The translations under genes were made by a program, and so were the position numbers. The notes below the pieces were generated by a model, which was not told where the DNA came from, did not search any database, and saw only the letters and a program-made list of their open reading frames with translations. This document shows, piece after piece, positions 58,590 through 64,000 of a stretch of DNA of 64,000 nt (its first letter is position 1; each line of letters opens with the position of its first letter). This stretch comes from an uncultured virus (IMG/VR IMGVR_UViG_3300043568_001465). Its lineage: Duplodnaviria; Heunggongvirae; Uroviricota; Caudoviricetes. The DNA is taken from the IMG/VR virus record IMGVR_UViG_3300043568_001465. One strand, 5' to 3'.

Positions 58590-58874
58590 ATGAAAAAGTT
58601 AATTATATTTTTAATGTTATTGGGAGTGGTAACATTAGAGGCAAAACCAAAGTATCGAATAGAAACTTGGTATTTGAATGGACAAAAACAATACTTAGCA
58701 CAAAGAAAAGTTTGGGCTAGTACAAATTATTTCCCATTACCCTATAAAATATGGGTATCTGGGGCTTACCCTTTTAATTATCAATCACAAGCTGAAGATG
58801 TTATTAGAAATTGGGAAGAAAACGAACAAAATAGAAAAAAAAATAAAAAATCTGAATTTATTTATATGAATTAA
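58590..58874 (+). CDS. Secreted or membrane hypothetical protein
   Basis: Signal-peptide-like N-terminus, KYRI. Confidence 0.55.
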   Translation: MKKLIIFLMLLGVVTLEAKPKYRIETWYLNGQKQYLAQRKVWASTNYFPLPYKIWVSGAYPFNYQSQAEDVIRNWEENEQNRKKNKKSEFIYMN

Positions 58875-58898
58875 AAATTCAGTACTTATACTGAATTT
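58875..58898. terminator. Perfect 10-bp hairpin (terminator or operator)
   Basis: AAATTCAGTA-CTTA-TACTGAATTT right after stop 58874 and abutting the next promoter (TATTTTTG 58917-58924). Confidence 0.5.
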
Positions 58899-58944
58899 AT
58901 TTCAAAATATTTTGTATATTTTTGTGATATAAAAAGTAAATATT

Positions 58945-59595
58945 ATGACTAACACACAATCACACGCGGAAAAAGAATTAGAAATTCTAGCTGATAACAC
59001 ACCAGACGCTGTTATATTGGAATTTAAGGATGAACTATTGGCGTTGTGTGAAAAGTTTGGTAACAGTGGGCAAAGCGGTGGATCTGCGCCGTATGTTGCT
59101 GGAGCATTATCTTCTGCGGTAAAGAAGTTATGCTTACAACAAACCATCGCGCCATTAACTGGTGAAGATAGTGAATGGTGTGATGTTACTGAGCAAAGTA
59201 ATGGTGAAATGTTATATCAGAACAAAAGAAACTCCGCAGTATTCAAAGATGAACAAGGTGTATGGTATCTAGATGCAATTGTATGGTGTGCTGATACACC
59301 TGGTGATAGCGGAAACAATTGGGACAACTTCAGTGGTACTGTTGAAGGCATTAAAAGTAGAGGTTACATTAAAGAGTTTCCATTTGAACCTAAAACGTTT
59401 CGTATCAACGTAACAAGAGAGATGCTTCCATCTGATTGGGACCAAGAACCATTTTATCAAGATAGTGATTATTATATCACATCTGAGTTTGAGGAAACTG
59501 GTATAAGGAGATGGATTCCAGGTGACAAATATCGTTATATCATTAAAGATATGAAGCAATTGGATGAAGTATTTGAATACTATCAAAAGAAATAA
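58945..59595 (+). CDS. Conserved phage hypothetical protein
   Basis: HAEKEL, GQSGGSA, PLTGEDSEW, YQNKR.SAVFK. Confidence 0.65.
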   Translation: MTNTQSHAEKELEILADNTPDAVILEFKDELLALCEKFGNSGQSGGSAPYVAGALSSAVKKLCLQQTIAPLTGEDSEWCDVTEQSNGEMLYQNKRNSAVFKDEQGVWYLDAIVWCADTPGDSGNNWDNFSGTVEGIKSRGYIKEFPFEPKTFRINVTREMLPSDWDQEPFYQDSDYYITSEFEETGIRRWIPGDKYRYIIKDMKQLDEVFEYYQKK

Positions 59596-59597
59596 CT

Positions 59598-60020
59598 ATG
59601 GAAATTAATAATAAGATATTTTACTTTAGTATTAAGAAAGCCAAGGACTGTTTGTTTTCTAGAAGAAACGGCTATCAAGGTATATTATTGTTTGGGTATT
59701 CAATCTTTCTTAGTATCAAATATATCGAACAAAGAAAAACTGATAAGCGTTTTAATGCTGCGGTGATAGAACCATTATCAAAAAAGATACAAGAAGAAAT
59801 AGACAGACAGGTAGTTGAAGAAGTAACTAACTTAGCTATTCAATATAAAAGATATGTGGAGCATTGGGGTGATCCTATTGACCCTATTAATTATAAGTTA
59901 TATAGTATGGAAACGGACATGCCATGCTTTCATACTGAGAATAGATTATTCACTATAAAGGAGTTTGAATGCCAGCGCTTCAGTAATAAAGCATTTAGAG
60001 AGATGTGGGAATTAAAATGA
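59598..60020 (+). CDS. Hypothetical protein
   Basis: Coupled ORF. Confidence 0.5.
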   Translation: MEINNKIFYFSIKKAKDCLFSRRNGYQGILLFGYSIFLSIKYIEQRKTDKRFNAAVIEPLSKKIQEEIDRQVVEEVTNLAIQYKRYVEHWGDPIDPINYKLYSMETDMPCFHTENRLFTIKEFECQRFSNKAFREMWELK

Positions 60021-60026
60021 TAACCA

Positions 60027-60224
60027 ATGAAAACAGCAGTACAGTGGTTAAAAGAACAATATATTGACCGTGGTGAAACAATACCATCAGGTGTATTCCA
60101 AGAAGCACTTGAAAAAGAAAAAGAGCAGATAATAGATGCGGCAAAGTCCTGTAATTATATTGGTGGTGCAACAAATATAGAAGCCGAAGAATACTACAAC
60201 CAAACCTATAACCAAAACAAATAA
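60027..60224 (+). CDS. Small phage protein (KTAVxWL...EKEQIIDA...YYNQTY type)
   Basis: Motif recurrent in Bacteroidota phage small ORFs. Confidence 0.6.
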   Translation: MKTAVQWLKEQYIDRGETIPSGVFQEALEKEKEQIIDAAKSCNYIGGATNIEAEEYYNQTYNQNK

Positions 60225-60227
60225 CCT

Positions 60228-60473
60228 ATGACACCTAAAGAAGAAGCGAGAAAGGTAACTCTTAAAAACTTAAAAGGGATCAGAGATAGTACTTCGCTAG
60301 AAACCAGTATAAGAATCGGCATATCAATGGCTGATTATGATAACTGGGACAATGGTGATTACAATGGTGATAGAGATTTAATTAATAGACAGGTTGATAT
60401 TGTTTTATCTAATATTGAAGAATGGGTAAAAAACAATTATATTAATCCAATAAGAAAAAAAGATGAACTATGA
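60228..60473 (+). CDS. Hypothetical protein
   Basis: MTPKEEA start; coupled ORF. Confidence 0.5.
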   Translation: MTPKEEARKVTLKNLKGIRDSTSLETSIRIGISMADYDNWDNGDYNGDRDLINRQVDIVLSNIEEWVKNNYINPIRKKDEL

Positions 60474-60552
60474 TAAAACAATTTTTCAAGGATTTTCTGC
60501 TTGGCTTAAAAATTGCAGAGGAAAACCGTCACAAATGTCAAATAGGTAAAAT

Positions 60553-60762
60553 ATGATCTTCATTAAGAATAGGTTCAAGGATAGATGTCGATTAGGGATT
60601 GGCTCGAGCTTTATTTTTTCTGGGGATTATTGCACGGTGGTTAAAATGGGATATAATGGATTTAAGTACACCAATCAATCCAAACCCAATGCCGATTGCT
60701 ATATGGAGTATCAATTTTATTTAAAAACCCCGTCTGCTGCCGGCAGACAATTAAATCGATAA
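60553..60762 (+). CDS. Hypothetical protein
   Basis: ORF within a + strand run. Confidence 0.45.
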   Translation: MIFIKNRFKDRCRLGIGSSFIFSGDYCTVVKMGYNGFKYTNQSKPNADCYMEYQFYLKTPSAAGRQLNR

Positions 60763-60875
60763 TAACATGAAAATTATTTCAACAATTGCATTAGTAGCGG
60801 TCGCAGGTTGTGTATTAACAGCAATCTATTGGGTTGTTAAAGAGTTACCAATACACAGAGACCTCGAAGAATAAT

Positions 60876-61691
60876 ATGAGAATTTTAATAACAGGGACAA
60901 ATGGTTTTATTGGTAAAAATCTATTAAACGAACTTATAAATAACCATATAATTTTAGAAATAAATGAAGATTATTTTAATTTACCTAAATGGCATGATGA
61001 AATATTTCATTTATTAAAAGATTTTATTCCCGATGTTATATTTCACGTAGGTGCTTGTTCCAATACGTTGGAAACAGATGTTAATTACATGATGACCAGA
61101 AACTATGAATTTACTCGTTGTTTATCTGAATGGGCAAATGATATGGATAGTAAACTTATTTATTCATCATCCGCAGCTAATTACGGAACCAATGGTGTAC
61201 ATCCTTCTAACCTATATGGTTGGAGTAAGTATGTTGCGGAACAATTAGTAATTAAAAATGGTGGAATTGCTTTACGCTATTTTAATGTGTATGGTCCACT
61301 AGAACATAATAAAGGAAAGATGGCGTCAGTTGCATATCAAATGTTACAAAAACAAAAAGAAGGTTTGGATATTAAATTATTTCCACTTAAACCTAAACGA
61401 GATTTTGTTTACATAAAAGATATTATAAATGCCAACATATTTGCTATGGAAAATTATGAAGAAAATTCTGGTGATTGGTATGAAGTTGGTAGCGGTATTT
61501 CAAGAACTTTTGAAGATGTGCTAGATAATTTAAACATACAATACACATATCATGATGAAAAAGATATTCCTAATGGATATCAGTTCCATACTGAAAGTAA
61601 ATCACATAAATGGATGTTTGGTTGGGAATCTAAATGGAATTTAGAAGACGGTCTTAAAGATTATATTTTTAACCTAAAAAATAAAAGATAA
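60876..61691 (+). CDS. hldD: ADP-L-glycero-D-manno-heptose 6-epimerase-like protein
   Basis: ITGTNGFIG, FHVGACSNT.E, YMMTRNY, YSSSAANYG, YGWSK, LRYFNVYGP.E.NKG.MASV, RDFVYI, YQFHT. Confidence 0.8.
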   Translation: MRILITGTNGFIGKNLLNELINNHIILEINEDYFNLPKWHDEIFHLLKDFIPDVIFHVGACSNTLETDVNYMMTRNYEFTRCLSEWANDMDSKLIYSSSAANYGTNGVHPSNLYGWSKYVAEQLVIKNGGIALRYFNVYGPLEHNKGKMASVAYQMLQKQKEGLDIKLFPLKPKRDFVYIKDIINANIFAMENYEENSGDWYEVGSGISRTFEDVLDNLNIQYTYHDEKDIPNGYQFHTESKSHKWMFGWESKWNLEDGLKDYIFNLKNKR

Positions 61692-61692
61692 T

Positions 61693-61896
61693 ATGAAAAC
61701 GCTATTTTTAATCTATTGGTTGCTAACAACCATCGCCGGTGTTTATTTGATTATTAAAACCCCACCAGATAGAAAATATCAGGATGATGAGTTTTCATTG
61801 CTGGATGTTATGGCGTGTATTTTTCCATGTGCATGTATCGCCTGGGCTGTGGTTCCAATGGTATTATTACACAAAGTTAAATTTAAAAGACCATAA
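61693..61896 (+). CDS. Small membrane protein
   Basis: Two TM segments. Confidence 0.55.
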   Translation: MKTLFLIYWLLTTIAGVYLIIKTPPDRKYQDDEFSLLDVMACIFPCACIAWAVVPMVLLHKVKFKRP

Positions 61897-61937
61897 TAGT
61901 TTCATAATCAATTAATTGTGCTTTATTTAAAAATATT

Positions 61938-61968
61938 TTTGTGAAATCAAGAATATTTTTTAGTTTTG
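61938..61968 (+). promoter_or_regulatory. Bacteroidota sigma70 promoter
   Basis: TTTG-N19-TAGTTTTG upstream of ATG 61987. Confidence 0.65.
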
Positions 61969-61986
61969 TGTTTTAAATTAAACAAA

Positions 61987-64000
61987 ATGGATTATTTAGT
62001 TGATGGTTTAGGATTTGATACAGCAAAGGAACAATATTTTACTAACACCTATGCTTGGCAATATATTATCCCCGACGCAAAGAAATCAAAAACCTTTATT
62101 GGTAAATCGGGTATAACTAAATACGATGTTAATACTGCAATGGGTGAAGCTTCACCAACAAGAGGAAGACAATTTCATCAATTAGCGTTATGGGGTTATG
62201 AAGCTGATAGAAAATACATAAAGAAAGGAACAACACAAGAACAGGCGATTGAAATAGTGAAAAAAATGGACTATTTCTTCAAGGATGATATGGTTGAAAT
62301 TGGTTGGAATTTAAGACACAATAAAGTAAGTAGAGAGATTGGAACAGAGTTTTATGAAGGTCCATCGGAAACGTGGTTAGAAACAATAAAACAAAAATGG
62401 AATGAAGCGTTCATTAAAGCAAATCAATTAGTTATAGGTGAAGTTGATGGACAGGATTTAGGTGATATGAGTGTGATGGGTAGTCAAGGTGTGGTTACCG
62501 AACAAATCAACGAGGTATTAAATAAACATAAGAAAGTAAGAGCAATCATTCCTTGTGGATATGGTAAAGGATTTTTAGAATTTAGAGGTGTATATAAATT
62601 TGATAAAGCAAAGAAAAATAAAATCATAGTTTATTATTGCCACAACATACCCGCAACAAAACAATTATCAGTTAAACACGCAGAATATTCTGACGGAACA
62701 ATCTATCAAGGAACAATGAATAGATATGTTGTTTGTTCTGAAAAGAAATATGTTAAAGGACAAGCGAGTTTTGGTATTGAAAACTATTCTGCTACCGATG
62801 GAAAGTTAAAAGATATTATTAAAGAAGCGTTATTGTCTAAACAAAGAACGGCGTTTTATGTAAATAATAAAAGTGCTGGTGAGTTTAATGATACATTTAG
62901 AACTATTGCCAATCAAGTAAGATACACAAAAAAACCATTTGCGTTTATTGATGAGGAACAAGAGTTTTGTGGACACATCAGTTCAAGTAAAACTGATGCT
63001 ATTTTAAATCCTATTGCTGAATATCAAGTATCATTTACCGCAACTGAAAGACAAAGAGGAACGGATAAAAATGAAGATAGAATTTATAATGATGATGTAG
63101 AACATTTTGGTGTGGTTGCGATTGAAATTACACCATCAGAAACGATTACCGAAGGAAGAAGTTGTCCGATACATTTTAAAACTATTGAGGTTTCTGAAAA
63201 TCATCAACTAATGAGACAGATTGGTGTGAATGGTATTATTGAAAGTGTATTTGGTGATGAGACAAGTGCTGCTGTTAGAGGTAGAATGTTAAGAGCGATA
63301 GTTTGTTTAGTAAAATCAATTAAAGAAGAAGATAAAACACATCCTTTATTAGTCACCAGTTTAATTGTTGATACAGAGAACGCAATTATTTTAATCAATA
63401 AACTTATTGAACATGGTATTATACCTAATGACTATGTTGTTGTTAGAGGTTTGAGACAAGATGGGTTAGATGAAACAAAAAGATTTAATTTATTAGAGAA
63501 AGGTATTATGGTTGGTAGTCCTTGGTTGGTGACTGGTATTGACGCTCCTAACATTGATGCTCTTGTACCGACATATGATATGGGTAGTGAAATCACTGCA
63601 ACACAATTTATCGGTAGAGGACAAAGACCCGTTGATGATAAAGAATTATCTGTTTATATTCCTATTGATCCAAGTGAAACATTTATACCATCAATGTTGC
63701 GTGTCGCTAATAATTTTATATTGGGTGAGAACTCACATAACATCGGTAGAAATACAATATTAGAAGAAGGTGAAGTTATACTTGGTTCAATTCAAAGAAG
63801 AAGAATAACATCTGATATTGATAGAGAGGTTAATATGAATGCGGCTTATAGAAATTATTGGGATAATATCTATAATGATTTAACCACTAATGAGATTGGA
63901 AGTGCAAGTGACTATTCACATTTTTTACCTTTTGAAGAGGCAAGAGAATATGTAAGGGGATTGGGAATAAAAACCTTAATTGAATATGAAGAATATTGTG
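61987..64000 (+). CDS. SF2 helicase-like protein, 3'-truncated by window edge (missing from ORF track)
   Basis: Frame open for more than 670 codons: PCGYGKG, FIDEEQ, FTATER, TGIDAP, QFIGRGQR; ends FLPFEEAREYVRGLGIK (integrase-repeat-like). Confidence 0.8.
   Translation, partial: MDYLVDGLGFDTAKEQYFTNTYAWQYIIPDAKKSKTFIGKSGITKYDVNTAMGEASPTRGRQFHQLALWGYEADRKYIKKGTTQEQAIEIVKKMDYFFKDDMVEIGWNLRHNKVSREIGTEFYEGPSETWLETIKQKWNEAFIKANQLVIGEVDGQDLGDMSVMGSQGVVTEQINEVLNKHKKVRAIIPCGYGKGFLEFRGVYKFDKAKKNKIIVYYCHNIPATKQLSVKHAEYSDGTIYQGTMNRYVVCSEKKYVKGQASFGIENYSATDGKLKDIIKEALLSKQRTAFYVNNKSAGEFNDTFRTIANQVRYTKKPFAFIDEEQEFCGHISSSKTDAILNPIAEYQVSFTATERQRGTDKNEDRIYNDDVEHFGVVAIEITPSETITEGRSCPIHFKTIEVSENHQLMRQIGVNGIIESVFGDETSAAVRGRMLRAIVCLVKSIKEEDKTHPLLVTSLIVDTENAIILINKLIEHGIIPNDYVVVRGLRQDGLDETKRFNLLEKGIMVGSPWLVTGIDAPNIDALVPTYDMGSEITATQFIGRGQRPVDDKELSVYIPIDPSETFIPSMLRVANNFILGENSHNIGRNTILEEGEVILGSIQRRRITSDIDREVNMNAAYRNYWDNIYNDLTTNEIGSASDYSHFLPFEEAREYVRGLGIKTLIEYEEYC

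Noticed and set aside
63204..63763. Short track ORFs 63204-63398 (-) and 63539-63763 (+)
   Set aside because: Both lie inside the long helicase frame starting at 61987.
1..64000. Stop-codon reassignment as seen in some large phages
   Set aside because: Genes are full length in code 11, and TAA, TAG and TGA all end genes at coupled junctions.
1..64000. tRNA, rRNA or IS elements
   Set aside because: No cloverleaf or T-loop signatures, rRNA-like segments or transposase motifs seen by eye; intergenic gaps are short. tRNAscan-SE or Infernal would be decisive.

Overview
AT-rich, gene-dense 64 kb segment that reads as part of a large tailed-phage genome in the standard genetic code. The host is probably Bacteroidota: TTTG-N18-20-TAnnTT(T/A)G promoters recur and Shine-Dalgarno motifs are not evident. 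1-12 kb is a modification-enzyme cassette: two radical SAM proteins, APS kinase, an HxGH nucleotidyltransferase, four 2OG-Fe(II) oxygenases, three sulfotransferase-like proteins, SGNH-like proteins and an SDR. It surrounds a 495-aa ATP-grasp-like/Hint/Cys-rich-peptide fusion and a 29-aa peptide. Eleven consecutive proteins there end in a shared basic-[S/T/N/Q/K]-hydrophobic-hydrophobic C-terminal tail (for example KKTLL, KKSLI, NKTLI). 12-25 kb encodes glycosyl/methyltransferases, an AAH/TibC-type protein O-heptosyltransferase next to a 1288-aa Gly-X-Ser repeat fibre, and LamG and Gly-rich tail-type proteins. 25.6-34 kb is a minus-strand sugar-modification operon. 34-64 kb holds accessory genes: thyA, NlpC/P60, PcfJ-like proteins, iscU-ferredoxin-iscA, an AdoMetDC homologue, three C5 DNA methyltransferases (one apparently split over two overlapping frames), a multidomain lysin, RNA-repair-type enzymes, a stand-alone DnaA C-terminal domain, an hldD-like epimerase and a truncated SF2 helicase. 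I saw no tRNA, rRNA or CRISPR array. All family calls come from motif recognition by eye, not database searches.
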